In this document: positions 12,119-22,693 of the stretch, piece by piece | Layout of the letters: every line of letters begins with the position of its first letter | Position numbering within the stretch: position 1 is the stretch's first letter | Assembly: GCA_036676175.1 (NCBI GenBank) | Contig: JAKFDL010000023.1 | Span: 14,807-78,806, forward strand | Origin: Methylotenera sp. | GTDB taxonomy: Bacteria; Pseudomonadota; Gammaproteobacteria; Burkholderiales; Methylophilaceae | Direction: 5' to 3' | Length of the DNA stretch: 64,000 nucleotides | Made by a program: the position numbers and the translations under genes | Notes under the pieces: model-generated | Seen by the model: the letters and a program-made list of their open reading frames with translations, nothing else | The model's database searches: none | What the model was told of the DNA's origin: nothing

Positions 12119-13903
12119 TTATAAGTTAGTTTGTTGACTCTTTTTGAACTCATCCTGCTCAAGCGCTAATAAATCTTTCAGGTCTTGACGTCCTTTTTCG
12201 GCCATACTGCGCACGGCATTCATATCGTGCCTGATAGCCCTCGTTGCTTCAAGCTGCTCCAAGTCATGCTGTTCAAAATGCTTGATAATCTTTGTAGCAG
12301 CGCTAGGTGATTCACCGATAGCCAATAAAGCTTGCTTAGCCGCCACAAGCGATGAGTAAAATGTTTCCCGTATTGGGTCTAGGCCAATATCGAGAAAATC
12401 AAAGGCATCGGTCCGGCTGCGTGCCCTCGTCACAACAGCAAGATTGGGCCAGCGCTGTTTCACTAATTTGCCAATATCTAATGCTGCTACCGGGTCATTA
12501 ACGGAAATGACTAGTAATTTAGCGGTTGCGATGCCAGCTTCTTCTAACAAATCCAATCTGGACGCGTCGCCATAATAGCAACGCCAGCCAAACTTTCGCA
12601 TCAAGTCGACTTGATTAGGGTCATTGTCTATCAGCGTTGCGTTGATTCCCTTGGCCAGTAACACCCGACCAACAATCTGCCCAAAACGACCAAACCCGGC
12701 AATGATGACCGCATGGTTTTCCTCAATCGCATCTTTTGGCCGCTCCCCGCACTGCAGGGTCAAAAAGCGATCGTAAAGTAACAATAAGATGGGCGTAATC
12801 AGCATCGACACTGCAACAATCGCGTTGAGGATATTGTAGGTTTCGCGGGGGATCGTGTTTTGGGTTAAAGCCACGCCAAAGATGACAAAAGCAAATTCAC
12901 CTATTTGCGATAAGGCCACGCCAAATAGTAAGTTATCTCGTAGAGAGTAATTAAATAATCGCCCTAGCCCCATTAAAATAGCCATTTTGGTCATCACGAT
13001 TAATAAAGCGAGACCAAAAATCATCAATGGTGAGTTTGCTAATAACGATAAATCTACTGACATGCCTACGGCAATAAAGAAAAGACCTAGCAGCAAACCT
13101 TTGACGGGTTCAATATCTAATCTAAGCTCATAGCGATATTCCGAGTCAGCCAAAAGAACACCAGCGAGAAACGTACCGAGTGCCATGGATAGACCCACAG
13201 ACTGCATGGCGAGCGAAACGCCAATCACCAATAGCAGCGAAAATGCGACGAAGATTTCTCGAACGCCAGTTTGAGCGACGATGCGCATAATAGGGCGCAA
13301 CAAGATGCGGCTAGCAAAGATAAGCAAGACGATCACGCTGATGGCTTTTAACACTGCCCATACATCAAAACTAGATTCAGCACTATTTGGCGCAATCAGC
13401 GCTAACAACATGAACAGTGGAATGACCGATAAGTCTTGAAAAAGCAGGGTTGCAAATGATGCTTGGCCACCAGGGGTGCTTAACAGTTTTTTTTCTGAGA
13501 GGGATGTCAATCCAATGGCCGTGGACGACATCGCAACGCCCATGCCAATGACGATAGCTATTGGCCAACTAAAATTCATTAAGTGCGCTGCAAATGTCAT
13601 AAGCCCAATAGTGCTAATCACTTGTAATCCGCCTAGCCCAAATAAGGTTTTGCGTAGCTCCCAAACTTTCTGGGATTCAAGCTCTAGCCCGACAAGAAAA
13701 AGCATCAGCACGACACCAAATTCAGCAAAATGCAGCACGTGTTCAGGGTCGGGAATCAACTTTAGGGCATATGGGCCAATGAGTATCCCGGCAAGCAAGT
13801 AGCCGAGTACTGAGCCTAGTCCCAGTCTTTTAAACAGGGGTACTAAAAATATGGCGGATGATAAATAGATTGCAGCTTGAACAAGAAAATCGGATGAACC
13901 CAT
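12119..13903 (-). CDS. CPA2 / KefB-KefC-like potassium efflux antiporter with KTN domain
   Basis: Multi-TM N-terminus (LGSVLGYL, LLFQDL, DIEPVKGLLLGLFF) and KTN domain IAGFGRFGQ. Confidence 0.9.
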   Translation of the reverse strand: MGSSDFLVQAAIYLSSAIFLVPLFKRLGLGSVLGYLLAGILIGPYALKLIPDPEHVLHFAEFGVVLMLFLVGLELESQKVWELRKTLFGLGGLQVISTIGLMTFAAHLMNFSWPIAIVIGMGVAMSSTAIGLTSLSEKKLLSTPGGQASFATLLFQDLSVIPLFMLLALIAPNSAESSFDVWAVLKAISVIVLLIFASRILLRPIMRIVAQTGVREIFVAFSLLLVIGVSLAMQSVGLSMALGTFLAGVLLADSEYRYELRLDIEPVKGLLLGLFFIAVGMSVDLSLLANSPLMIFGLALLIVMTKMAILMGLGRLFNYSLRDNLLFGVALSQIGEFAFVIFGVALTQNTIPRETYNILNAIVAVSMLITPILLLLYDRFLTLQCGERPKDAIEENHAVIIAGFGRFGQIVGRVLLAKGINATLIDNDPNQVDLMRKFGWRCYYGDASRLDLLEEAGIATAKLLVISVNDPVAALDIGKLVKQRWPNLAVVTRARSRTDAFDFLDIGLDPIRETFYSSLVAAKQALLAIGESPSAATKIIKHFEQHDLEQLEATRAIRHDMNAVRSMAEKGRQDLKDLLALEQDEFKKSQQTNL

Positions 13904-13981
13904 ATATGCCTTAGTTACGGTTTTATTAAGTTGTTTTATTAATTTGATACTTGATTATAAATACTTGGCATCATGAATAGC

Positions 13982-14515
13982 TCACTCGCTGGTAAATATG
14001 CCTTGGTCAGCACCAGCAAATAGTTTGATTAAATCAGTCATTTTGAGGGATAGAGCAAACCCCAATACGCCACTACCAATCACTACAGTTTCATAATCAT
14101 GCACACTATTATCGACCAAGACTTTAATGTGCTTGGGCAAAGCGATAGGTGGCACGGCACCGACAACATAGCCCGTAGCTTCTGCTACTTCATCAAACTC
14201 TGCCATGCGGCACTTACGCTCATCTAAATGGCCGCGTAATACGCCCCAATCGGCACGGCCACCACCTGCCACCGCTAGTAAAACAAACTGACCTGAGCCT
14301 GTTTTAAACAGCACACTCCGTACGACAGATTGCGGATTTACACCTTGCTTTAATAGGAGCTCCTCCAGATTCCGAACAGGCTTTTTATCCTCAGTGAGCG
14401 GAATTTCTATCACATCATAAGCAATGCTTTCATGTTGTAATAATTCAGTCACAGGTGAAGTAATAGGTATAGGCATCATTATTGGTGTGGTTAGGTTAAT
14501 TCTTAAGTTATTCAA
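13982..14515 (-). CDS. YbaK/EbsC family aminoacyl-tRNA deacylase (true start probably near 14479)
   Basis: VVRSVLFK, TGYVVGAVPP and VIGSG motifs. Confidence 0.8.
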   Translation of the reverse strand: MNNLRINLTTPIMMPIPITSPVTELLQHESIAYDVIEIPLTEDKKPVRNLEELLLKQGVNPQSVVRSVLFKTGSGQFVLLAVAGGGRADWGVLRGHLDERKCRMAEFDEVAEATGYVVGAVPPIALPKHIKVLVDNSVHDYETVVIGSGVLGFALSLKMTDLIKLFAGADQGIFTSE

Positions 14516-14624
14516 CTGTATATTGCGGTTTTTTTGTCATATTTTGGTTGTTAAGATTAAATTTTGTTGCTCAACAATAGAATGTCATCGCTTTAAATGG
14601 GCTTAGGACTATAATTCTATTCAT

Positions 14625-15980
14625 ATGTTGACAGTCAGCGATCGCATAAAACTGAACTTTAAATGGCACGGCGCAGCTTTCATTACAGCTGTTTTAGTGT
14701 TTATTCTATTTCATTTTTTAATCGAATTACAGAATCAGAAATATAAAGCTGAAGAAGCGTTAAGGTCGTCTATATACGGTAATCTTTTGTGGACTGAAGT
14801 TGACCGAGAGTTAAATTCCCTGTTATTTATTTCAAATGGCCTTGCAAGCTATATCTCCGCCTATCAAGATGAGCTGAAGCCAGAAAAGATCAATTTCATT
14901 CTTAAAGATTTGTGGCTGCGTTCTAAACATGTGCGTAATCTAGGAGTTGCCGTCGGTTATCAATTAACCTACGTTTATCCTGAAGCTGGTAATAAAAAAA
15001 TCATCGGTGTGGATTTCCGAAATATCCCCAAGCAATGGCCAAAAGTTAAACAAGCGATTGATACCCGACAGGGCGTCTTAGACGGCCCAATACAATTGAT
15101 TCAAGGTGGGCAAGGCATTGTGTATCGCTACCCTGTCTTCATTGATGGCGAGTATTGGGGCATCATATCTACCGTGATCGATACCGATCGCTTCCTAAAG
15201 GCGGCATTTAAAAATGCACCTAACCAGCATAAATTTGCGATTCGCACCGCAGACACTAAAAATGTATTTTATGGCGACCCCAAACTGTTCTCAGACAAAG
15301 ATACTTTCAAGCAAACTAGCTTGGTTCCTAATGGAAAGTGGGAGTGGGCAATCAAGAACCATACATCTCACTTTGCAGATCAAATCTTAATCTATCAAAT
15401 AATTAGCGTTTTTATTAGTTTAGTTTCTGGGTTCTTGGCATATTACTCACTGAAAGATCGTTACCGCCTTTCAGAAGATGCCATGCTAGATAGCCTGACT
15501 AACTTGCCAAACCGAAGGTTATTGAACGACCGGATGGAAATTGCATTTCATACTGCGAAGCGTTTTCAAAAAATGATGGCGATTATGGCCGTTGATTTAG
15601 ATTACTTTAAAACAATCAACGATACCTATGGCCATGATTTTGGCGATGAGGTGTTAAGGACAGTCGCTTTATTTATTAAATCTAACTTAAGGGAAACTGA
15701 CACGGTTAGCCGAGTAGGTGGCGATGAGTTTGTCGTAGTTTTAAGAGAGGTTAACTCGATACAGAATATCGTCGCTATCGCTGATAAACTAAAATCGCAC
15801 TTTTCCCAACCAATCGTCATATTGGAAAAAGCGATACCCGTGCATCTCAGTATAGGTATTTCTATTTATAATCCTGATAGGCACATTACTTTAAAGCAAT
15901 TGACTAAAGAAGCCGATATCGCTTTGTACCAATCCAAAGCGAATGGTAGAAATACCTATAGTATTTTTGAAGCATACTAA
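14625..15980 (+). CDS. Membrane diguanylate cyclase with CHASE-like sensor
   Basis: Two TM segments flank a periplasmic domain; DSLTNLPNR, RETD I-site five residues before GGDEF. Confidence 0.9.
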   Translation: MLTVSDRIKLNFKWHGAAFITAVLVFILFHFLIELQNQKYKAEEALRSSIYGNLLWTEVDRELNSLLFISNGLASYISAYQDELKPEKINFILKDLWLRSKHVRNLGVAVGYQLTYVYPEAGNKKIIGVDFRNIPKQWPKVKQAIDTRQGVLDGPIQLIQGGQGIVYRYPVFIDGEYWGIISTVIDTDRFLKAAFKNAPNQHKFAIRTADTKNVFYGDPKLFSDKDTFKQTSLVPNGKWEWAIKNHTSHFADQILIYQIISVFISLVSGFLAYYSLKDRYRLSEDAMLDSLTNLPNRRLLNDRMEIAFHTAKRFQKMMAIMAVDLDYFKTINDTYGHDFGDEVLRTVALFIKSNLRETDTVSRVGGDEFVVVLREVNSIQNIVAIADKLKSHFSQPIVILEKAIPVHLSIGISIYNPDRHITLKQLTKEADIALYQSKANGRNTYSIFEAY

Positions 15981-16030
15981 ATCATTGAACTTAGATACTT
16001 AATTGGGATAGTTTGATTAGATTTTTTGAG

Positions 16031-16270
16031 CTATTTTTTTGAGTGTAGTTTTGCGTTTAGCTGGTCAATCACTTCTGCCCAATCAGCATCTTTAAGAATT
16101 TCTTCTCGTAAGAAGGATGCTTGTGCTGCTGTCCAGAATGGCGCATCAGAAAGCAAAATATTGGTGGCTAGCGGACTATGCGTGTTAATAAAATTTTCAA
16201 TCGCCGCTTGGTCAGAAGGTAGGCCAAGTTGGGCAAAAAGATTATTAAGGCTGTGATTTGAAGATTCCAT
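16031..16270 (-). CDS. DUF2789-like small protein
   Basis: LFAQLGLPSD, APFWTAAQASFLREE and DADWAEVIDQL resemble this family (recognition only). Confidence 0.75.
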   Translation of the reverse strand: MESSNHSLNNLFAQLGLPSDQAAIENFINTHSPLATNILLSDAPFWTAAQASFLREEILKDADWAEVIDQLNAKLHSKK

Positions 16271-16411
16271 GATTTACCTCATCTGCATTCATTATTTTTT
16301 GACTTGAATCAGGGATATAATAGTTCAATGTTAAGTTAATAAATACCAGTATTTATTAAAGCAATTCAAAGTCATGTATCGTATGCCAACCTAGTCCTGG
16401 AGGTCGCCGTC

Positions 16412-17194
16412 ATGAATACATTATCTTCTGTTAAAGGTATCTTATTCGATTTAGACGGTGTGCTGTATATCGGATCGCAGGCTATTGAAGGCGCTATCGA
16501 AGCTGTGCGCAAAATCCAGGCTAGCCACATACAATGCCGGTTTGTCACCAACACCAGCACCTTGTCATTAACATCGCTGCAGCAGAAAATTAATGCATTA
16601 GGTTTTTCCATCCCAGCTGATCAAATCATCAGCGCACCTCAAGCCACCTACCTGTATTTAAAGCGCCAGCAGAACCCTGTTTGCCGTTTATTGCTGGCGA
16701 AGGATGTAAAGCAGAACTTTGAAGAGTTTGACCAGGTTGGCCAACGGGTGGATTACATCGTGATAGGGGATATTGGTGATACATGGTCTTATCCTCTGCT
16801 AAACCAGGCCTTCAATGACTTAATGCACGGTGCAAAGCTTATCGCTATCCATAAGAACCGCTTCTGGCAAACTGAACACGGATTGCAAATGGATATAGGC
16901 GGCTTTGTTGAGGCCTTGGAATACGCGAGTGGTGTCAAGGCAATGATTATCGGCAAACCTTCCCCAGACTTCTTCCAGATTGCATTAGATGACATGGGGC
17001 TAAAACCAGCAGAGGCGGCAATCATCGGTGATGATATTGATGCGGATGTTGGGGGTGGACAGCAAGTTGGTTTAAAAGGGATTATGGTAAAAACAGGTAA
17101 ATACCGGCAGAGTTATGCTGAGGCATCTGCCATAAAACCCCAATTAACTATCGACTCAATCGCAGATTTGCCCAGGATGCTAGGGGTTGATTGA
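16412..17194 (+). CDS. HAD-IIA hydrolase (LHPP/TIGR01458-like)
   Basis: FDLDGVL, VTNTS, GKPS and IGDDIDADV motifs. Confidence 0.85.
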   Translation: MNTLSSVKGILFDLDGVLYIGSQAIEGAIEAVRKIQASHIQCRFVTNTSTLSLTSLQQKINALGFSIPADQIISAPQATYLYLKRQQNPVCRLLLAKDVKQNFEEFDQVGQRVDYIVIGDIGDTWSYPLLNQAFNDLMHGAKLIAIHKNRFWQTEHGLQMDIGGFVEALEYASGVKAMIIGKPSPDFFQIALDDMGLKPAEAAIIGDDIDADVGGGQQVGLKGIMVKTGKYRQSYAEASAIKPQLTIDSIADLPRMLGVD

Positions 17195-17279
17195 GTGTTT
17201 TGCTTTGAACTCTTCTGTAAATCTTTTGCTAATCATTTGATAGCCCTTTTAAGCATTGTTATGATGCTTAAAAAAATGA

Positions 17280-18191
17280 CTATTGCAGCTTGCTTGATTC
17301 GCTATTACTTAATATCTCCACCAAATAATCGAAGACTACCCTGACGCGCTCTGCTACCGGTCCACGTTGTGGGCGATAAACGTACACGCCCCACGGAGCA
17401 GGTGCTTGCTCTGTCAACACAGGTACCAATGTGCCGTTACGAATATACTTCTCACATAAAAAGTCACCCAGCTGCCCATAGCCGATTCCGGCAAGTACTG
17501 CGGCTAACTCAGCTGCCGGGTCATCAGTTACAAATGCTGGCGGAATTGAAAAGCCATCTGGCGCATTTGCAAAAGTCCAAGGCCAGGCTCTGCCAGTATT
17601 AAGATCAATTAAACCTGTATATGGCATTTTGAATAGATCATCCACACTGTTGGGCACGCCTGTTTTTGTAATAAGTTCTGGTGTTCCTACAATATGAAAC
17701 TTCATTTCGTTGACGCGTCTTGCAACATTTCTGTTATTACTAAAAAAGCCGACGCGCACGCCAATATCCATCTGGTCTGCTACCACGTTATCTATCAGGT
17801 TTGAGAATCTTAAATCAAGCTGAATGCCTGGATGATTGATTAAAAAATCGTTAAGTGCCGGCAGTAAATATTGCTGGCCTAATGAATTAGGCATGGTGAT
17901 TTTAACTAAACCTTCCAAGCGCTGAGAACTGGCGCTCTTACTGGGTTTGAATAGTGCATCAATCTGGCCTATCACGCCTGCACTTTTTTGCGCCATTTGT
18001 TTGCCAAATTCGGTGATGGTGGTATTGCGCGTGCTTCTATAAAAAAGCGGCTCGCCTAAAATCTCTTCGAGCTCTTTGATGGCGCGCGTGACAGACTGCG
18101 GAGAAGTGCCTAGTCTTATGGAGGCTTCTTTAAAGTTAGAGGACTCTGCGACGACCTTAAAGATACGCAGCATTTCTATTTGATTTTGCAT
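17280..18191 (-). CDS. LysR family regulator, divergent from iorA
   Basis: N-terminal HTH (FKEASIRLGTSPQSVTRAIKELE) and LysR substrate domain. Confidence 0.92.
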   Translation of the reverse strand: MQNQIEMLRIFKVVAESSNFKEASIRLGTSPQSVTRAIKELEEILGEPLFYRSTRNTTITEFGKQMAQKSAGVIGQIDALFKPSKSASSQRLEGLVKITMPNSLGQQYLLPALNDFLINHPGIQLDLRFSNLIDNVVADQMDIGVRVGFFSNNRNVARRVNEMKFHIVGTPELITKTGVPNSVDDLFKMPYTGLIDLNTGRAWPWTFANAPDGFSIPPAFVTDDPAAELAAVLAGIGYGQLGDFLCEKYIRNGTLVPVLTEQAPAPWGVYVYRPQRGPVAERVRVVFDYLVEILSNSESSKLQ

Positions 18192-18205
18192 GGTAGGATT
18201 AGTCC

Positions 18206-18234
18206 ATAATTTGGAATTATCAATTCCAAATTAT
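18206..18234. promoter_or_regulatory. Perfect 13-bp inverted repeat, probable LysR operator
   Basis: ATAATTTGGAATT-ATC-AATTCCAAATTAT, 15 bp upstream of the LysR start. Confidence 0.65.
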
Positions 18235-18372
18235 TCCACACAATGATAATTAACACTATGCGATAGTATGGTTTTTGAATTTACTGTACTTGGTTTTTAA
18301 GAAATCAAGTAATCATAAGCTTTAAAGCAATTATTAATCAAAATCTAGCAAATAGCAGAAGGAGCCGTCATC

Positions 18373-18831
18373 ATGATTACGTTGAATATTAATGGCAAAG
18401 AACAGCAGCTTGACGCAACCGGTGACATGCCGATTCTGTGGGCATTGAGGGATGTAGCGCATCTTACCGGTACAAAATTTGGCTGTGGTATGGCGCAGTG
18501 TGGTGCTTGTACCGTACTTCTTGATGGGCAGGCGATACGCTCGTGCATAACACCCATTTCTGCGGCTGAGGGTAAAAAAATTACCACGATTGAAGACGCT
18601 CAAAATGACAAAGTAGGCCAAGCTGTACAAGCAGCTTGGAGCGAAATTGATGTAGTGCAATGTGGTTACTGCCAATCTGGCCAAATTATGTCTGCCATGG
18701 CTTTACTGGCTAACAATAAAAAACCAACGGATGCCGATATTGATGCAGCCATGAGCGGCAATATATGCCGTTGTGGTACTTACCCGCGTATCCGCGCTGC
18801 AATCCATGCTGCTGCAACTAAATTAGCTTAA
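18373..18831 (+). CDS. iorA: 2x[2Fe-2S] small subunit, isoquinoline/aldehyde oxidoreductase
   Basis: [22 protein letters not shown] and CRCGTY. Confidence 0.92.
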   Translation: MITLNINGKEQQLDATGDMPILWALRDVAHLTGTKFGCGMAQCGACTVLLDGQAIRSCITPISAAEGKKITTIEDAQNDKVGQAVQAAWSEIDVVQCGYCQSGQIMSAMALLANNKKPTDADIDAAMSGNICRCGTYPRIRAAIHAAATKLA

Positions 18832-18841
18832 GGAGCAGACC

Positions 18842-21034
18842 ATGAACGCACCCTTAAAAAATAGCCCGTTGAATATTTCAAGACGTACTTTTATCAAAGC
18901 GTCTGCCCTTGTCGCAGGTGGTCTTATTATTGGTTTTACTATTCCACACGCTAAACGCTTTTTAATGCCTGGCGCCACCCCAACAGATGCAGCCAAAGAC
19001 GCATCAAAGTTACCTACGCCAAATGCATTTTTGCGTATTGGTACTGACAACACCATTACCGTTATGCTTGCGCATAGCGAGATGGGGCAAAGTATTTGGA
19101 CTACATTGCCCATGTTGATTGCTGAAGAGCTGGACGCAGATTGGAGCAACATTAAAGTTGAGCATGCTTCTGCAGCGCCCGAATATGCGCATACTGCTTA
19201 CGGTCTTCAAATCACGGGCGGCTCTTCTACTACTTGGTCTGAGTTCGACCGTTACCGCCAAGCTGGCGCATTGACACGTGCGCTGTTAATCAATGCCGCG
19301 GCTGAGAAATTAGGTGCTTTTGCTGATAGCCTTAAAACTGAAAATGGCTTTGTACTCAGCGGCGATAAAAAAATTAGATATGGTGAGTTGGCAGAAGCTG
19401 CGGCTAAGTTAGAAACGCCAAAATCCGTCACTTTAAAAAACCCTAATGACTGGAAAATCATTGGCAAGGCGACCAAGCGTTTGGATGGCCCTGAAAAAAT
19501 AAATGGCACGGCAGTATTTGGCCAGGATATTCAATTTGAAGGCTTGATGACGGCGATGGTTGCGCGTTCCCCCGTGTTTGGTGGAAAAGTGAAAACGTTT
19601 GATGCCAGTGCTACGAAGAAAATCAAAGGCGTAAAAAATGTGTTGCAGGTGCCGACAGGGGTGGCAGTAATTGCAGATAATTATTGGGCGGCGAAAACAG
19701 GCCGTGAGGCGTTAAAAGTAGATTGGGATTTGGGCGAAAATGCCAGCCTTGATTCAAAAGCACTATTTGCAGAATATAAAAAATTAGCCGCAACAACGGG
19801 CTTAATCGCAGCAAAAGCCGGTGACAACAAAGCCGCCATGGCTAAAGCCGAAAAATTCATTGATACCGAATATGCATTACCCTATTTGGCGCACTCGCCT
19901 ATGGAGCCACTGAATTGCTCAGTGAAAATTGAAAAAGATGGCTGTGAGATTTGGACTGGTACGCAAATGCAGGGTACGGATCAAGCAGCTGCGGCAAAAA
20001 TACTTGGCTTAAAACCAGAGCAGGTCAAAATCCATACTGTATTTTTGGGTGGCGGTTTTGGCCGTCGGGCCAATCCTGCGGCTGATTTTGTATCAGAAGC
20101 GGTACAAGTGGCCAAAGCGGCAGGTGTACCTGTGAAAACCGTGTGGAGCCGCGAAGATGATGTGAAGGGTGGCTATTACCGTCCTATGTATGTACACAAA
20201 GCCAAAATCGCTTTGGATGCAAATGGCATGCCGTCTGCTTGGGAGCATGTGGCGGTTGGTCAGTCTATTATGGCAGGTACGCCGTTTGAAGCATTTCAAA
20301 TTAAAGATGGCATTGATGCCACCTCAGTAGAAGGCACTGCAGATTCACCTTATTTAAAAAATATCCCCAACTATCAAGTCAGTTTGCACACGGACAAAAC
20401 TAAAGTACCTGTACTTTGGTGGCGTTCGGTCGGGCACAGTCACACGGCATTTGTAATGGAAAGTTTGATTGATGAGCTTGCTAATTTGGCTAAAAAAGAC
20501 CCGTTGGAATATCGCCGCGCGCTGTTAAAAGACCATCCACGGCATTTGGCAGCGCTAAATTTAGCTGCTGAAAAAGCGGACTGGAATAAGCCACTAGCTA
20601 AAGGTGTGTTCCGTGGAATTGCCGTGCACGAGTCTTTCGGTAGTTTTGTGGCACAGATTGCAGAAGTTTCAGTAGACAAAGGTGAAGTCAAAGTGCATCG
20701 CATCATTTCTGCCATTGATTGCGGCCTAGCGGTGAACCCTGATTCACTGAAGGCACAAATGGAATCATCGGTTTCATTTGGTTTAGGTGCTGCCATGCAA
20801 AGCGAGATTACCTTTAAAGAGGGCATGGTGGAGCAATCTAACTTCCATGATTACCAAGTGATGCGCATGGCAAATATGCCTAAAGTAGAAGTATATATTG
20901 TGCAAAGCACTGAAAAAATGGGCGGCGTCGGCGAACCGGGATTGCCACCTGTGGCACCTGCCGTGACCAATGCGATTTTCGCAGCAACAGGTAAACGCAT
21001 TCGCACGTTGCCAATAGGCAATCAACTCGCTTGA
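18842..21034 (+). CDS. iorB: Molybdopterin large subunit, IorB-like, with Tat signal
   Basis: ISRRTFIK twin-arginine motif, EMGQ, TGGS, GGGFGRR, WWRSVG and GVGEPG. Confidence 0.9.
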   Translation: MNAPLKNSPLNISRRTFIKASALVAGGLIIGFTIPHAKRFLMPGATPTDAAKDASKLPTPNAFLRIGTDNTITVMLAHSEMGQSIWTTLPMLIAEELDADWSNIKVEHASAAPEYAHTAYGLQITGGSSTTWSEFDRYRQAGALTRALLINAAAEKLGAFADSLKTENGFVLSGDKKIRYGELAEAAAKLETPKSVTLKNPNDWKIIGKATKRLDGPEKINGTAVFGQDIQFEGLMTAMVARSPVFGGKVKTFDASATKKIKGVKNVLQVPTGVAVIADNYWAAKTGREALKVDWDLGENASLDSKALFAEYKKLAATTGLIAAKAGDNKAAMAKAEKFIDTEYALPYLAHSPMEPLNCSVKIEKDGCEIWTGTQMQGTDQAAAAKILGLKPEQVKIHTVFLGGGFGRRANPAADFVSEAVQVAKAAGVPVKTVWSREDDVKGGYYRPMYVHKAKIALDANGMPSAWEHVAVGQSIMAGTPFEAFQIKDGIDATSVEGTADSPYLKNIPNYQVSLHTDKTKVPVLWWRSVGHSHTAFVMESLIDELANLAKKDPLEYRRALLKDHPRHLAALNLAAEKADWNKPLAKGVFRGIAVHESFGSFVAQIAEVSVDKGEVKVHRIISAIDCGLAVNPDSLKAQMESSVSFGLGAAMQSEITFKEGMVEQSNFHDYQVMRMANMPKVEVYIVQSTEKMGGVGEPGLPPVAPAVTNAIFAATGKRIRTLPIGNQLA

Positions 21035-21043
21035 GATTAGCGT

Positions 21044-22036
21044 ATGAAATCTGCTGATTTAGAAGTGTTAACCCGTGCGCTGGAATGGCTGGAGAGTGGC
21101 TATCAAGCGCATTTGTTCACCGTGGTGCAAACTTGGGGTTCAGCACCGCGCTTGCCAGGTGCAATATTGGTGGTGCGCGATGATGGGCATTTGATTGGCT
21201 CAGTTTCAGGCGGCTGTATTGAAGATGACCTGGCTGATAAAGCACGCAATCAAGCACTACCCAAAGTGCCTACTGTGATGGAGTACGGCATTAGCCGAGA
21301 TGAGGCGCAGCGCTTCCGCATTCCTTGTGGTGGTCGCTTGCAGATATTTGTTGAGCCACTGAACATTGTAGAGCAATTACAACTGTTGCTTGATAGTTTG
21401 CAAGATAGAAAACTCATCAAACGCTCGGTGAATTTGAAAACGGGGCAAATCAAGTTAATGCAGGTGCTGCCTGAAGGGTTGCCAAAAATCGAAGGCGATT
21501 GGTTTCACACCTACTTTGGGCCGCAGTGGCGATTGCTCATTATCGGCGCGAATCAACTCGGCTCAATGCTGGCAAGCATGGCACAAGTGCTGGATTTTGA
21601 TGTGCTGATTTGTGAGCCACGCCAGGAGATTCGCGATGAATGGCATGTAGAAGGCGTCACCTGGGTTGAAGGCATGCCCGACGACGTGGTGTTGGAAATC
21701 AACGCAGATGCACATACCGCAATTGTTGCCGTGACACATGACCCCAAACTGGATGATATGGCTTTGCTGGAGGCACTTAAATCGGACGCGTTTTATGTTG
21801 GTGCTTTAGGCTCACACAAAAATCAAGAAAAGCGGCGTGAACGTCTGCGCATGTTTGATTTGAATGAGCTGGAAATCTCTACCCTGCGCGGGCCAGTGGG
21901 CTTGCAAATCGGCAGCCGTACACCAGCTGAAATTGCCATCGCTATCCTTGCTGAGCTAATTCAGGTAAGAGCGCAACAACTGAAAATGGGCGCTGGCTTT
22001 ATCAGTAATATGACGGATATTCGCTGCCAAGCTTAG
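21044..22036 (+). CDS. xdhC: XdhC/CoxI molybdenum cofactor chaperone
   Basis: WGSAPR, GSVSGGCIE, VTHDPKLDD, YVGALGS and GSRTPAEIA. Confidence 0.9.
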   Translation: MKSADLEVLTRALEWLESGYQAHLFTVVQTWGSAPRLPGAILVVRDDGHLIGSVSGGCIEDDLADKARNQALPKVPTVMEYGISRDEAQRFRIPCGGRLQIFVEPLNIVEQLQLLLDSLQDRKLIKRSVNLKTGQIKLMQVLPEGLPKIEGDWFHTYFGPQWRLLIIGANQLGSMLASMAQVLDFDVLICEPRQEIRDEWHVEGVTWVEGMPDDVVLEINADAHTAIVAVTHDPKLDDMALLEALKSDAFYVGALGSHKNQEKRRERLRMFDLNELEISTLRGPVGLQIGSRTPAEIAIAILAELIQVRAQQLKMGAGFISNMTDIRCQA

Positions 22037-22623
22037 TTTTTAAAATCGCTATCTGTTAAATCCGCTGGCGTATCAATATCTGCCAAAATTCCAGCATCAT
22101 CCGTTGGCAAGAGGTGAATCTCATGGGGATAGCGCTTGATAATAGAACGCGCACCTTCATCGCCTTGCAGATTTTCTAACGCATTGCGGAATTTTGCGGA
22201 AAAACCTACAGGATGTCCGCGTTGATTTTGATGCGTAGGAATCACAATTGAAGCGCCACCCGCAATTTTATCCGCTACTACGCGTATGGTTTTTGGTCGA
22301 ATGTAAGGCATATCCGCCAGCCCAATCACAAACCCATCCTTCGCTGCTTCAAAACTTGAGGAATAGCGGATGGCAGCAGTCAAGCTATCGGCCATTTCAT
22401 GCTCATTATCATTGCAAAAAATCACTTTCAAACCAGCATTAACCAGCAATGATGCCAGCGCTTTATTTTCTGGCCTAAGCACTGCAATGCACTCTGGAAT
22501 CGCTTGAATCAAATGCTCTGCAGACGCCAATGCTATCGGCCGGCCGTCTGCTAAAAGTTGTAAAAGTTTATCGGTTGACCCAAACCTGCGAGAAAAGCCA
22601 GCCGCCAATAGAATGCCTACCAT
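22033..22623 (-). CDS. mocA: Molybdenum cofactor cytidylyltransferase (MocA-like)
   Basis: LLAAGFSRRFG, LADMP, GHPVGF, GDEGAR and DIDTP; next to xdhC. Confidence 0.8.
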   Translation of the reverse strand: MVGILLAAGFSRRFGSTDKLLQLLADGRPIALASAEHLIQAIPECIAVLRPENKALASLLVNAGLKVIFCNDNEHEMADSLTAAIRYSSSFEAAKDGFVIGLADMPYIRPKTIRVVADKIAGGASIVIPTHQNQRGHPVGFSAKFRNALENLQGDEGARSIIKRYPHEIHLLPTDDAGILADIDTPADLTDSDFKN

Positions 22624-22693
22624 GAGTTAAACTAGATTAATAAGCGCTAGTTTAATGGTAAAACATTGCGCTGCAATAGTTGGTTTTTTGTGG

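Noticed and set aside
16412-17194. HAD hydrolase as a second Calvin-cycle phosphoglycolate phosphatase
   Set aside because: It is a subfamily IIA LHPP-like protein separated from the cbb operon; nothing links it to CBB.
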